Shown here: positions 52,713 through 61,826 of the stretch, in pieces
How the letters are laid out: every line of letters starts with the position of its first letter
Numbering within the stretch: position 1 is the first letter of the stretch
Sequence record: PQ066597.1
Direction: 5' to 3' (one strand)
DNA: 64,000 nucleotides
Made by a program: the position numbers and the translations under genes
The notes under the pieces: generated by a model
Told to the model about the DNA's origin: nothing
Databases searched by the model: none
What the model saw: only the letters and a program-made list of their open reading frames with translations

Positions 52713-52968
52713 TTCCAACCTCCAATTCCAAAAAACCTTTCTCATCAAGGATTTTACATGCGTCGATTACAACAACGTAATCCATAGCACAACACACTGG
52801 TGTCCCATAAACTGAACTGTAGTAAACCACATCTTTCAATAGCCCCGGAAGGTTGTTTCCGTAGATATCTTTCAACGGAGAAATAATTTTTCCTTGGAGA
52901 TGAGGTTTACATGCCAACATCAACCGATCCGCACAACGCCCTGCTTCGTTCCAACTTACATTTTTCAT
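52705..52968 (-). CDS. hypothetical protein
   Basis: Tiled ORF with GAGG RBS. Confidence 0.8.
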   Translation of the reverse strand: MKNVSWNEAGRCADRLMLACKPHLQGKIISPLKDIYGNNLPGLLKDVVYYSSVYGTPVCCAMDYVVVIDACKILDEKGFLELEVGNV

Positions 52969-52980
52969 CAGGATTTCCTC

Positions 52981-53757
52981 TTATTTTCCAAACCACATTT
53001 TACACAGTTTATACTGATTTTCAACTGTTTCAAGACGACCTTTACCATAATCACGATTGAAAGATCCCCAACGATTAGAACCACTTTCCCAGATTTTGAT
53101 GGCCTTCTTTGTAGGTGCCCGCATCATGATTCCAGATGGAGCCATTACCTTTGATTCTTTTTTCGCGATGATCGTCTCGCCTTCCAGATAATGGTCGTAT
53201 CCGTCGGGGATTGAGTCCATTACAGTCCCCGAAAGAAGATGTTCCTTCTTAATCTCAAAGGCACCACCACCACAAGTAAACGGCTTGTCGTAATTTTTAC
53301 CTTGAATGACCATATGGGTGCTATTTGTAACAGTTACTTTACCATACCCCGGAACCATGTAAACCACACGTCCACGACCAGCAACCGGGAGACTATGACG
53401 GGATACACCATCACAACCAAGAGATTTTGCAATCCGTTCCCACACACGATCATGGTTACTTTTACCACGAGTAACATAATCAACAAGGTGTGCAATTTCG
53501 TGAGGGATCGTGTTGTGGAAAATATGATTCCATTCCTTCATCCCTTGTACCATCAAATTGATGTTAATCTTGATAGTGTACTCTGTATCGCTCCATCCTT
53601 TATTGGTGTAACTGGCGATACCTGCACAACGCCCTGTACATTCTTTAAACGTATACTTAAAACCAGCCATCTCTGGATAGAGTGTCTTTGCAATTTCCAC
53701 AACTTCCGCAATCCGTTTCTCAACAATCACTCGGGCTTGGCTCTTAATCAAAGACAT
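52981..53757 (-). CDS. SprT-like zinc metalloprotease domain protein
   Basis: CAG.A, TIPHEIAHLVD (HExxH), HDRVW..IA..LGC. Confidence 0.85.
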   Translation of the reverse strand: MSLIKSQARVIVEKRIAEVVEIAKTLYPEMAGFKYTFKECTGRCAGIASYTNKGWSDTEYTIKININLMVQGMKEWNHIFHNTIPHEIAHLVDYVTRGKSNHDRVWERIAKSLGCDGVSRHSLPVAGRGRVVYMVPGYGKVTVTNSTHMVIQGKNYDKPFTCGGGAFEIKKEHLLSGTVMDSIPDGYDHYLEGETIIAKKESKVMAPSGIMMRAPTKKAIKIWESGSNRWGSFNRDYGKGRLETVENQYKLCKMWFGK

Positions 53758-53787
53758 CTATATTTCCTCTCGTTAGTTGATATGAGT

Positions 53788-53816
53788 ATATTACATCAAA
53801 ATTTATACTGGGTCAA
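53788..53816 (-). promoter_or_regulatory. sigma70-like early promoter
   Basis: TTGACC-N17-TAATAT. Confidence 0.7.
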
Positions 53817-54096
53817 CAGTTTTATTTCCAAAAACGCTAGAGTGGTCAAAAATCTTTTTGCTGACCTCTTCTTTTAACTCATCATATCCAACCCCGGTAA
53901 CCAATTGGCTCATGGAATCGGTTGCAAAGATGATAGAATCATCAATAAAATATTTGTAATGGGTGAAATCCATGTACATTTGTGATCTAGCAAGAGATAT
54001 GATGAAATCAGCAAGAGTTTGTTTGTTCGCACAACCACTCATGACGAAAGCACTAACCACATTTCTATTTTGAGATTTGGATAGACGGTGGTTCAT
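53803..54096 (-). CDS. hypothetical protein
   Basis: Tiled minus-strand ORF. Confidence 0.7.
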   Translation of the reverse strand: MNHRLSKSQNRNVVSAFVMSGCANKQTLADFIISLARSQMYMDFTHYKYFIDDSIIFATDSMSQLVTGVGYDELKEEVSKKIFDHSSVFGNKTVDPV

Positions 54097-54347
54097 CGGA
54101 TCACCTTAACAACACGAGGGTCATTGTAAATACTGTAATTACTACCTTCTTGGTCTTCTCTCCAAGTCTTCAAGCAATCTTCACACTCGATATCGTACCA
54201 ATATAAATCAAATCCATCCCAGTTTCCGGTATTGGAACCTAGTTTCAGGATAACCGCGTTATGTTGGCATTTAGACCGAATTTCTTCTATTTGACTGCGA
54301 AGTTCTTCGATCTTCTTCAATTTTGCAATAATTTTTACTCGACTCAT
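54093..54347 (-). CDS. Zn-ribbon-like hypothetical protein
   Basis: CQH ... CEDC. Confidence 0.8.
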   Translation of the reverse strand: MSRVKIIAKLKKIEELRSQIEEIRSKCQHNAVILKLGSNTGNWDGFDLYWYDIECEDCLKTWREDQEGSNYSIYNDPRVVKVIR

Positions 54348-54529
54348 AGTAATTCCAGATCTGCATCAGAGTGAATTTCAAACTCTTTATCACAGAAGTC
54401 ACAAGTTGTAGTTTGTCCTCGTGGGTCTACATACCAACCATCCAGTTCCTTATTGCAATGCGGACATACCACATAAACACCACACAATTTAACACCAATT
54501 TCAGTTACTTTCATTATATTTTCCTTCAT
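54344..54529 (-). CDS. Zn-ribbon protein
   Basis: CPHC ... CDFC. Confidence 0.8.
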   Translation of the reverse strand: MKENIMKVTEIGVKLCGVYVVCPHCNKELDGWYVDPRGQTTTCDFCDKEFEIHSDADLELL

Positions 54530-55092
54530 ACATATTGTTTTAAAGTTTCAACCATAGCATAACCATGCCAAGAGATTTCTGCAACCTCTTTTTCGTATTT
54601 TTTCAGATTTTCTTGATTGAACCAATATTCATTCCGTTCGCACACAGGAACACAAACACCCATCTTTTCAAGTCGATTGAAATAGGTTTCGCAACAGAAA
54701 GGAACAAATCCACGTTTTAACCATACGATCCGACCATCAAGAATCGCAGACGTAACGACTTTTGTTATACCAAGTGCCTCGCATATGTCGATAGTACAAC
54801 GGAACATATGTTTAACAAGTCCTCTCCCTTGGAATTCTTCCCCAAGGGAAAATGTGTCGTGCTCATAATGACCAGTACGTAGGTTAACAACTCGGATCAT
54901 ACTGAGTTTCTTTCCACAGGACAAAGAGAATTCGTATTGGTTCCCTTCATATTGAGTAACAAGAAGTTCCATATTTGAATCGTCGATTATTTTAGATGCA
55001 ACAACCGCAAATTTTGTGAAATGTTTAACAACAATGTCAACGCCTTTGCAATGTTCAAAGCTGGTGTAATCGCATTCATATGAAACTTTCAT
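54526..55092 (-). CDS. GNAT-family acetyltransferase-like protein
   Basis: FSLGEEFQGRGLV acetyl-CoA motif A; WLKRGF motif B. Confidence 0.7.
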   Translation of the reverse strand: MKVSYECDYTSFEHCKGVDIVVKHFTKFAVVASKIIDDSNMELLVTQYEGNQYEFSLSCGKKLSMIRVVNLRTGHYEHDTFSLGEEFQGRGLVKHMFRCTIDICEALGITKVVTSAILDGRIVWLKRGFVPFCCETYFNRLEKMGVCVPVCERNEYWFNQENLKKYEKEVAEISWHGYAMVETLKQYV

Positions 55093-55122
55093 TGTACTAC
55101 CTCAGAACAGTTGATAACCATG

Positions 55123-55150
55123 ATTATAATCTAACGGCTATGGGAGTCAA
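55123..55150 (-). promoter_or_regulatory. sigma70-like early promoter
   Basis: TTGACT-N16-TATAAT. Confidence 0.7.
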
Positions 55151-55404
55151 CTATAATCGAACAAAAATTCTTTTACTTCGTCTGGCTTGAAAATCAAACC
55201 ATCTTCTGTTTCAAAATACCAGTTGTTGCCGTGTCCCTGTTCCCAGTTTAAGGTAACAAGGAAGACATCTTTATAATGTGGTGGTTCTCCAAGATCTTTT
55301 GTGCGAATCACCAGTTGTGCATCATATTCCATATAGATGACATCACACATATACTCACGAAAAGGTTTCCAACCCAAAGAGTCGTAATATTCGACCATAT
55401 CCAT
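55147..55404 (-). CDS. hypothetical protein
   Basis: Tiled minus-strand ORF. Confidence 0.8.
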   Translation of the reverse strand: MDMVEYYDSLGWKPFREYMCDVIYMEYDAQLVIRTKDLGEPPHYKDVFLVTLNWEQGHGNNWYFETEDGLIFKPDEVKEFLFDYS

Positions 55405-55409
55405 AATTA

Positions 55410-55703
55410 TTACCTCAGTGATTTTATTAATTCAATAATCTCACGTTCTCCATCAGCTTGCTTGATAAGGTTCTCAGCCTGCCAACGGTAACTCGCTTCT
55501 GTATCAATACACCTAGAGTACACCTTAGAGATCCATTGGTCAATACCTTTTTTATAAGTTTTTTCATAATCATTGCACTGACCTAGTTCTATCTTCTCCC
55601 CGTTAATAACCGCAACCAGATAATAACGACTACACCGAATTACAGAAAATGGGCCTTTGGTTTCAATTAGCTTGCCGTTTTTGTATTCTTGAAAAATTTT
55701 CAT
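55410..55703 (-). CDS. hypothetical protein
   Basis: Tiled ORF, ATGA overlap. Confidence 0.8.
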   Translation of the reverse strand: MKIFQEYKNGKLIETKGPFSVIRCSRYYLVAVINGEKIELGQCNDYEKTYKKGIDQWISKVYSRCIDTEASYRWQAENLIKQADGEREIIELIKSLR

Positions 55704-55990
55704 TCTATTGCCTCACAACACACCCGACCATCGTCAATATCTTCCGGTATAAAGAGGTTTATACCATCGTTATATTTCCCATTAAATACGGTTTTTAACG
55801 TCCCGTCAGAATAAGAATAAGTTTCTAGTTTTTTATTTGATTCAAAATCATATTTCACCCCAACATCAATTTCTTCAAGATATGGTACAACTACTTTACA
55901 AGGTCCCAACTCATCTTCATTTATATACCTGATCATTTCAGCTTTTTGTTCTTCCGACGCAAACCACACTTTATATTTAAACATATACAC
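55700..55990 (-). CDS. hypothetical protein, probable member of dispersed paralog family
   Basis: YKVWFASEEQKAEM N-terminus. Confidence 0.75.
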   Translation of the reverse strand: MYMFKYKVWFASEEQKAEMIRYINEDELGPCKVVVPYLEEIDVGVKYDFESNKKLETYSYSDGTLKTVFNGKYNDGINLFIPEDIDDGRVCCEAIE

Positions 55991-55991
55991 C

Positions 55992-56285
55992 TCAAAATTC
56001 TAAAAATCGATCAACCAATTTACCATTTTCATCACGAATACCACCCAACCCTTTATTGATCAGATGGATATCACCAGTATACTTAACAACTCTGTCATAG
56101 TCTCGGTTATGACGGTTGTTCAACCACATTTCATAGTACCCCTGTTCATGCTTATGAACATAGTAGAACCAACATTTCTTCTCACCTAGCTTGAACACAC
56201 GACCCAATAACAGGGTAGAACCGTTGTCCATACCGTGGACGATATAATCACCGACCACAAGCTCATTACCAAACATATCAACCAT
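55992..56285 (-). CDS. hypothetical protein (KOW/SH3-like)
   Basis: DMFGNELVVGDYIV pattern. Confidence 0.8.
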   Translation of the reverse strand: MVDMFGNELVVGDYIVHGMDNGSTLLLGRVFKLGEKKCWFYYVHKHEQGYYEMWLNNRHNRDYDRVVKYTGDIHLINKGLGGIRDENGKLVDRFLEF

Positions 56286-56302
56286 TTTATTTCCTCATAA
56301 CG

Positions 56303-56328
56303 AAAAAGGGAACCCCGAAGGATTCCCT
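56303..56328 (-). terminator. intrinsic terminator
   Basis: AGGGAA..CC/GG..TTCCCT stem followed by TTTT. Confidence 0.7.
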
Positions 56329-56339
56329 ATAGTTTACTA

Positions 56340-57293
56340 TTATTCACGAGCATTAGTCAACAGAAGTTTTGACTTAATCTTAGTGATTTGGTTCTTGCGA
56401 CCACGCCAGTGTTTACCACAGTGGGTACACTTATACTGCTTGAACTTACTGACTTCTGTATACGCAAATCCAGCATCTTCAAATTCATGATTTCCACATA
56501 CACAAGTGAATTTGTCTGAATCTGTATAAAGAGAGAAGTTCGGAAGACGATCCGACCATGGGGCTAATTTAACATACAGTTCTTGGAGAGATACTATATC
56601 ATCAATATTGTATTCTTCCATTTCTTTCCAAGCTTCTACATTACCAGCCAAGCATTCTTTCCACAATTCGAAACCGGGGAATTGAGTATGCTTAGATTTC
56701 TTGGTCTCTGTACATAGCTTATCGGTCATATATTCCAGCTTGTTGGAAGTAAAACCAAACGTGCGTTTTGCGATCTCAAGAGTATCAATATGCTTCACGG
56801 TAGAGAACGGTTTCATACCATGAACGATCATACGACTACGAATTTTTGGAATATCAAACCGACGACCATTCTGATGAAGAACGATATCAGCTTCGTCAAG
56901 AAGCTCCCATAGAACTTTCAGCATTTCTGAATCATCTTCGATATTTGGTGCATTTCGCTGGTCCATATAAATGATTTCATCACTGTCAAACCATTTAGCA
57001 GCAAAACTAAGCATATACCAATCGGACTCGATCATATTCAGACCAACGTTGGTCTTAAACAAGCGCCATACATGAGCCATAATCGGAGCGGTTTCAATAT
57101 CCAGAACTAGAACACGGGGACCGGTTTTGATATCGTCCACAATATTGTTCTCTTCCATGAAACGCTCGTAATAATAGTTTACGGAAGATTTAGAAATACC
57201 AAGTTCTTTCGCAATTGCTCGCGAACCCATACCCTTGTTCTCTTTCATCTCAACAATCTGTGAGATTACGGTTTCGTAATTACTGATAGCCAT
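56340..57293 (-). CDS. HTH + DEDD (RNase H-fold) 3'-5' exonuclease + Zn ribbon
   Basis: SRAIAKELGISKSSV HTH; LDIET, NGRRFD, HIDTL, YNIDD; CVCG/CTHC. Confidence 0.88.
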   Translation of the reverse strand: MAISNYETVISQIVEMKENKGMGSRAIAKELGISKSSVNYYYERFMEENNIVDDIKTGPRVLVLDIETAPIMAHVWRLFKTNVGLNMIESDWYMLSFAAKWFDSDEIIYMDQRNAPNIEDDSEMLKVLWELLDEADIVLHQNGRRFDIPKIRSRMIVHGMKPFSTVKHIDTLEIAKRTFGFTSNKLEYMTDKLCTETKKSKHTQFPGFELWKECLAGNVEAWKEMEEYNIDDIVSLQELYVKLAPWSDRLPNFSLYTDSDKFTCVCGNHEFEDAGFAYTEVSKFKQYKCTHCGKHWRGRKNQITKIKSKLLLTNARE

Positions 57294-57374
57294 TATTTAA
57301 AGTACCTTATGTGTTTTGTTATAAACATTATATATCACAATGTACTCATGTTTTGATTTTGATTTTCTCATATG

Positions 57375-57396
57375 TTAAAAGGGGATTTCTCCCCTT
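57375..57396 (-). terminator. rIIB terminator
   Basis: AAGGGGA/TCCCCTT stem with U-tract. Confidence 0.7.
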
Positions 57397-57398
57397 AT

Positions 57399-58592
57399 TT
57401 AGAACTCGTGAGTTACGTCTGAGATTACTTCATAAGTCCAAGTACGAAGTTTCGCATTGTCGTAATCAGTTGGGATAGCAACGACGTGGGCTGGGTTGAT
57501 CTTAACCATCACAACCCGGTCATTCTCACAAGATGAATAGTATGGGATGTAGTGACGAGCAGCAGCATGAAGACCCGCAGCACAAGTATTGTTTCGGTCG
57601 TCATCTACCTCAAATGGCTCGACTCGTGGCTTAGAACCAATACTATTATCAAACGTGCGAGTGCGGATATCCTTATAATCATCGGTAACGCGCTTGTACG
57701 CTAGGAAATGACCATCGTTGGTGATTTTGATGTCACTATGAGTCAGGAAGTCAAAAAGCTCGTATACAGCCGCACGGCGCGGATTCTGTAACAGGTTTTT
57801 CAGGAAGGTAACCATATACTCAAACTCTTCCCCGGACGCCCACATATCAATGATTCTTCGGGTCATCGATGTATCAAGAACAATATCACGATAGTAGAGT
57901 GTGTCACCTTCAATCCGAATATCACCAGAAGAATAGGTTTTGATTGCTTCTTTTATAGAAATCAGGTTTACCGCACCGACCACATCATTGTCGCGGATCA
58001 GGAGTTGAAACGCATCTTCAAACCGTGGGTGGGCTCGGTCTGCAACGTATGGGGTTCCATCAATGAAGCAGTTAATAAAGTCATAACTTGCATTCCAAGA
58101 TACCACTGGGGTATGAACCGGTTCGATGATGTCCTTCAAATGGATTGTTTTATCAGACTTCTTCTGAATCCCCTTATAGCGACGAACTACATCACCTACT
58201 GTTGAACGAGGGATACCAGTTTGACGGGAAATTTCGTTTTGGCTGAATCCGCGATTATGAAGTCGAATAATTTTATCATCACGACTTTCTTCAACTTTAT
58301 TTTCAGAATAATCATGTACATCAAATTGCAAATCGATTTTATTAGTCCCAACCATCAATTTAATCAATTCTTTAATTGTAAGGGCTTCCCATCCTTCAAG
58401 TACATCGAGATCGCCAAGATCTATATCAAGTTCTTCCTCGATATACATAACAAGTTCTACAACATCGAGATCGTCTAGGTTGTAATATGCAAAAGTTCTG
58501 TTGTTGTCAAGTTCTTTTACTTTATAACCGGTTACATCGTAAATACCGCTACGAATCAATGCTTCAAGTTTTTCAATATGGATAGTTTCCAT
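57399..58592 (-). CDS. rIIB: rIIB with N-terminal ACP-like domain and HTH
   Basis: Follows rIIA; FLKNLLQNP, LFDFL, FLAYKRV, CAAGLH, VKINPAHVVAIPTDY rIIB motifs. Confidence 0.92.
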   Translation of the reverse strand: METIHIEKLEALIRSGIYDVTGYKVKELDNNRTFAYYNLDDLDVVELVMYIEEELDIDLGDLDVLEGWEALTIKELIKLMVGTNKIDLQFDVHDYSENKVEESRDDKIIRLHNRGFSQNEISRQTGIPRSTVGDVVRRYKGIQKKSDKTIHLKDIIEPVHTPVVSWNASYDFINCFIDGTPYVADRAHPRFEDAFQLLIRDNDVVGAVNLISIKEAIKTYSSGDIRIEGDTLYYRDIVLDTSMTRRIIDMWASGEEFEYMVTFLKNLLQNPRRAAVYELFDFLTHSDIKITNDGHFLAYKRVTDDYKDIRTRTFDNSIGSKPRVEPFEVDDDRNNTCAAGLHAAARHYIPYYSSCENDRVVMVKINPAHVVAIPTDYDNAKLRTWTYEVISDVTHEF

Positions 58593-58604
58593 TTTATTTC
58601 CTCA

Positions 58605-58628
58605 TTAAAAAGGGGCTTACACCCCTTT
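58605..58628 (-). terminator. hairpin terminator between rIIA and rIIB
   Basis: AAAGGGG/CCCCTTT stem overlapping the rIIA stop, then TTAA. Confidence 0.55.
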
Positions 58629-60851
58629 GTAGTTTTCCATAATAAGTTTAGTTGCAAGTTCGAACTCTTCGTTTTTTACACAACTATAATTTTTCTTCAA
58701 CCTAAGAATCGCACATTCCATGGGGAATTGCTTTTTCATTTCGTCATAAAAATTATGATATACATCATACATACTCTGACGATGGTTTTCAACAACATCG
58801 GTATAAACTTGATATTCATGTTCAGTCAAATATTCTTGAGCATGAACATAAATATTACCAAGATCATGATCCCAATCACCGGATTCCGAGATACCAAAAT
58901 AGTCCTTCATTTCCCGAGTAATTTCCATATCGACCCTTGGCTTATCAGACCTATTGATATTCCAACCAATTTTATTACCCTTTAAATTGTTATTGAGATA
59001 TTCAACAAGTTTACCTTTGATCATTTCCTTTGTAATGAGAGTCAAATTCTCATTCATGTTAGCCCGTCGTTCAAGGGTTTTCGGAAATGCATACAACGTT
59101 GTATCAAACATCTCAGATAACCAACTTTGAAGTCCATCTGTAACTTCATGACCATCAACAACAATATATTCGCCAGAACGAAGACCATACAGCCCACTAA
59201 GCTCGTGTACATCCTTGGCAAGGAAATTGCCAGTACTGCGATACCCTTTATTATAATAATGCGAGTTGTCTGGTTTGTAACGTGGAGTTTTAGCCCTATT
59301 CCGCTGTGCTTCTAAACGACGTTGGCGCTTCTCTTCTGCTTCTTTCTCTTCAATTTCTTGAACGTGCTTATCATACAACTTCTCTACATGAAAAACATCG
59401 ATATCGTCTTTGTGGTAACGCTTTGCAATCTGGATAAAGAGATTTCGAGTTACATTCTTGAAAGGTTTGCGAGAATAAGGGTAATCGCTCATAACAACAA
59501 CCCGTTCATTAGGAATGATACCATACTTCATAAGAAGCTTGATCCTTACCTTCCACTTACCATCCATATTAGACAGAAGGATTGGGAATGGATATCGCTT
59601 ATTCTTTACTGACGGCATGAAATAGTCATTAAACTCGATTTTACGAGACGACCCGTAATATCTTGCACGTTCAAGATTCCAAACATTTCGCACCGCATTA
59701 CTAAATGTATCGATATAAACGAAATTTTTGTTTTTATAACTGTAATCCACACAGAAATCTTTAAACAAAGACCATTCTTTCGAAGATGTAATACTTTCGT
59801 AGAAGAAGCGCCAATCTTGAAGAGACTTGCCGTTATGGTCAATAATCTTTGATACTTTGTTAAAGATATGCTCACCAAAATCCATAGACAAAATAGCATG
59901 AATTTTACTTCGAGCATCCTTTCCATGTTCAGAAACCTTTTTATTGACTTCATCAATAACTTGGTTCGATTGGGATTTAAAATAAGAATTCAGTGTATTC
60001 AGTGTGTGTTTATCAAGACTCAATTCTTCCCGGTTCGGGAGAGGATTGAGAGACCCAACAGGAAAATCGATAAAGTTATATGAATTATTAAAGAATACCG
60101 AACAAACCTCATTTTCGTAAAGCTTTGCTGGGATCTTGTAAGAAACACCACCCATAACAGCATATACGCCATTATCCATGATGGAACCATAGTAACCAGA
60201 TGACTTGTAGTTAGTCAACTCGAAATTCTGATTGATGATGTTTGGATAAAATCCATCTTTATCAAATGTGTGGTACACCACCCGAGCTTCATTCCGAACT
60301 TCGGTAATATCATCTTGATCGATAGGGATTACGATTTCGATACCTGTGGGCTCGTCTGACGGTTCTTCGAAGATGGGGACACACTTTGGTATACCGTTGT
60401 TCATGAAGATGCTATAGACGGTTTTGAGACCCTTACACCACGATGTTACAGTGAATGTTGTTGTGTAGCAGAACGGACTTTTAGAACCAAGACCAAATGC
60501 ACCGATAAAATCGTCAGAATCTTCCTTGGTTGATGCAAAATATGTGGTGAACAAGTTGAAAATACCATCCTTGTCCATACCAATACCATAATCGCGGAGT
60601 CTCCATTGTAAATTAATATCAGACGGAAGCTCTACATCAAAATATTTCGGTGGGGTTCCACCAATCTTTTCCAATGCAATGTGACCATCGATTGCGTTAC
60701 AGCTCAATTCACGAATGAAAGCTCGGATCTTGAATTTATAAAGCCCAGAACTAAGAATGGTATAAGCTTTTTCATCAAACTTCATACCAAAATCGCGGGA
60801 CTCTTCCATAACAGTCCCAAATACAGGTTGTTTATTTGTAACAATTTTCAT
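58617..60851 (-). CDS. rIIA: rIIA protein
   Basis: ILSSGLY...IRELSCNAIDGH, RDYGIGM, STK...IGAFGLGSKSPF GHKL-type N-terminus. Confidence 0.95.
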   Translation of the reverse strand: MKIVTNKQPVFGTVMEESRDFGMKFDEKAYTILSSGLYKFKIRAFIRELSCNAIDGHIALEKIGGTPPKYFDVELPSDINLQWRLRDYGIGMDKDGIFNLFTTYFASTKEDSDDFIGAFGLGSKSPFCYTTTFTVTSWCKGLKTVYSIFMNNGIPKCVPIFEEPSDEPTGIEIVIPIDQDDITEVRNEARVVYHTFDKDGFYPNIINQNFELTNYKSSGYYGSIMDNGVYAVMGGVSYKIPAKLYENEVCSVFFNNSYNFIDFPVGSLNPLPNREELSLDKHTLNTLNSYFKSQSNQVIDEVNKKVSEHGKDARSKIHAILSMDFGEHIFNKVSKIIDHNGKSLQDWRFFYESITSSKEWSLFKDFCVDYSYKNKNFVYIDTFSNAVRNVWNLERARYYGSSRKIEFNDYFMPSVKNKRYPFPILLSNMDGKWKVRIKLLMKYGIIPNERVVVMSDYPYSRKPFKNVTRNLFIQIAKRYHKDDIDVFHVEKLYDKHVQEIEEKEAEEKRQRRLEAQRNRAKTPRYKPDNSHYYNKGYRSTGNFLAKDVHELSGLYGLRSGEYIVVDGHEVTDGLQSWLSEMFDTTLYAFPKTLERRANMNENLTLITKEMIKGKLVEYLNNNLKGNKIGWNINRSDKPRVDMEITREMKDYFGISESGDWDHDLGNIYVHAQEYLTEHEYQVYTDVVENHRQSMYDVYHNFYDEMKKQFPMECAILRLKKNYSCVKNEEFELATKLIMENYKGV

Positions 60852-60873
60852 AATGTATTTCTCATTTAACCTT

Positions 60874-61161
60874 TTAAACTACTTCGAGATAATGATGTAC
60901 GTCTTCTGGGTAGAAGTGGAACAGAAGCGGTTTACCGATATGGATGACTTCTGCGATTCCAAAATTCCCGTCGTCGTCTTCGATTAGGATACAATACTGA
61001 TGGTCTTCTGTTTCGTCAACATAAAATTCGTCAATACCTTCCATATCCAAGAATTTACAGATGGATTCGTTGTAGTTGAATTCCATCTCATCCTCAAAAT
61101 CCCAAGAGGATTTTAGAAATTCCTGTTTATGATTCTCACTTTTAAACCGATATTTGTTCAT
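60874..61161 (-). CDS. hypothetical protein, dispersed YRFKS paralog family
   Basis: MNKYRFKSE ... EDVHHYLEVV. Confidence 0.85.
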   Translation of the reverse strand: MNKYRFKSENHKQEFLKSSWDFEDEMEFNYNESICKFLDMEGIDEFYVDETEDHQYCILIEDDDGNFGIAEVIHIGKPLLFHFYPEDVHHYLEVV

Positions 61162-61433
61162 TATTCAACCTCCACAAGATAGTTTTCGATGTCAGCTTGG
61201 CTGAAATGGTAGATCAAGTCTTTCAGTTCATCGGGGGTTTCTTCTAAATCGATAACGTATTTTTCATCAGGTACAAACGGCACAAGTTCAAATTCGTCAC
61301 GACCAGTCTTTTTAAGAAAATCAACGATTAACTTGTTTGAGTTAATACCATCCTCTTCAAATTCGTGAAAAACCTCACCAACAGAAATGAACTCTTCTTT
61401 TTCATAGTCACTTCGGAATTTGTACATACTCAT
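61161..61433 (-). CDS. hypothetical protein, dispersed YKFRS paralog family
   Basis: MSMYKFRSD ... ADIENYLVEVE. Confidence 0.85.
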   Translation of the reverse strand: MSMYKFRSDYEKEEFISVGEVFHEFEEDGINSNKLIVDFLKKTGRDEFELVPFVPDEKYVIDLEETPDELKDLIYHFSQADIENYLVEVE

Positions 61434-61756
61434 TTTTTAACCTCATAGTCAAGATATAGATCTAACCAGTCGAGTGCAAGCTTATCAATGTCAACATCAT
61501 AACCCATAACCAGTTTCCAATCAACAGTTTTCTTTGTGATTGTAGAACATGTTTTTATTGCGTTGAGAAGCTTCATATTTTCTTTTAGAACCTCTTCGAT
61601 AGGTTCTATACCATCTTCTTTACACCATTCAAGCCAGTATTCTACACTTTCTTCAAACCACCCTACAAGCTTTTCACGGATAAACCACACGGTGGATTTG
61701 TCTCCAATTGAGATTGTAGGTCTTACTGAGTGAGCGATATCATTTAGGTTAGCCAT
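61430..61756 (-). CDS. hypothetical protein
   Basis: Start re-called at MANLND (GAGG RBS). Confidence 0.75.
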   Translation of the reverse strand: MANLNDIAHSVRPTISIGDKSTVWFIREKLVGWFEESVEYWLEWCKEDGIEPIEEVLKENMKLLNAIKTCSTITKKTVDWKLVMGYDVDIDKLALDWLDLYLDYEVKK

Positions 61757-61790
61757 AATTATTCCTCTATTTTCCACTATTATACACAAT

Positions 61791-61825
61791 AAAAAAGAAA
61801 AGGGAACCCCATCGGTTCCCTTTTT
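61791..61825 (-). terminator. topoisomerase gene terminator
   Basis: AAAAGGGAACC/GGTTCCCTTTT stem with long U-tract. Confidence 0.8.
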
Positions 61826-61826
61826 G

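Noticed and set aside
57350-57366. TTTTGA short tandem repeat upstream of the exonuclease
   Set aside because: Only 2-3 units in AT-rich intergenic DNA; expected by chance
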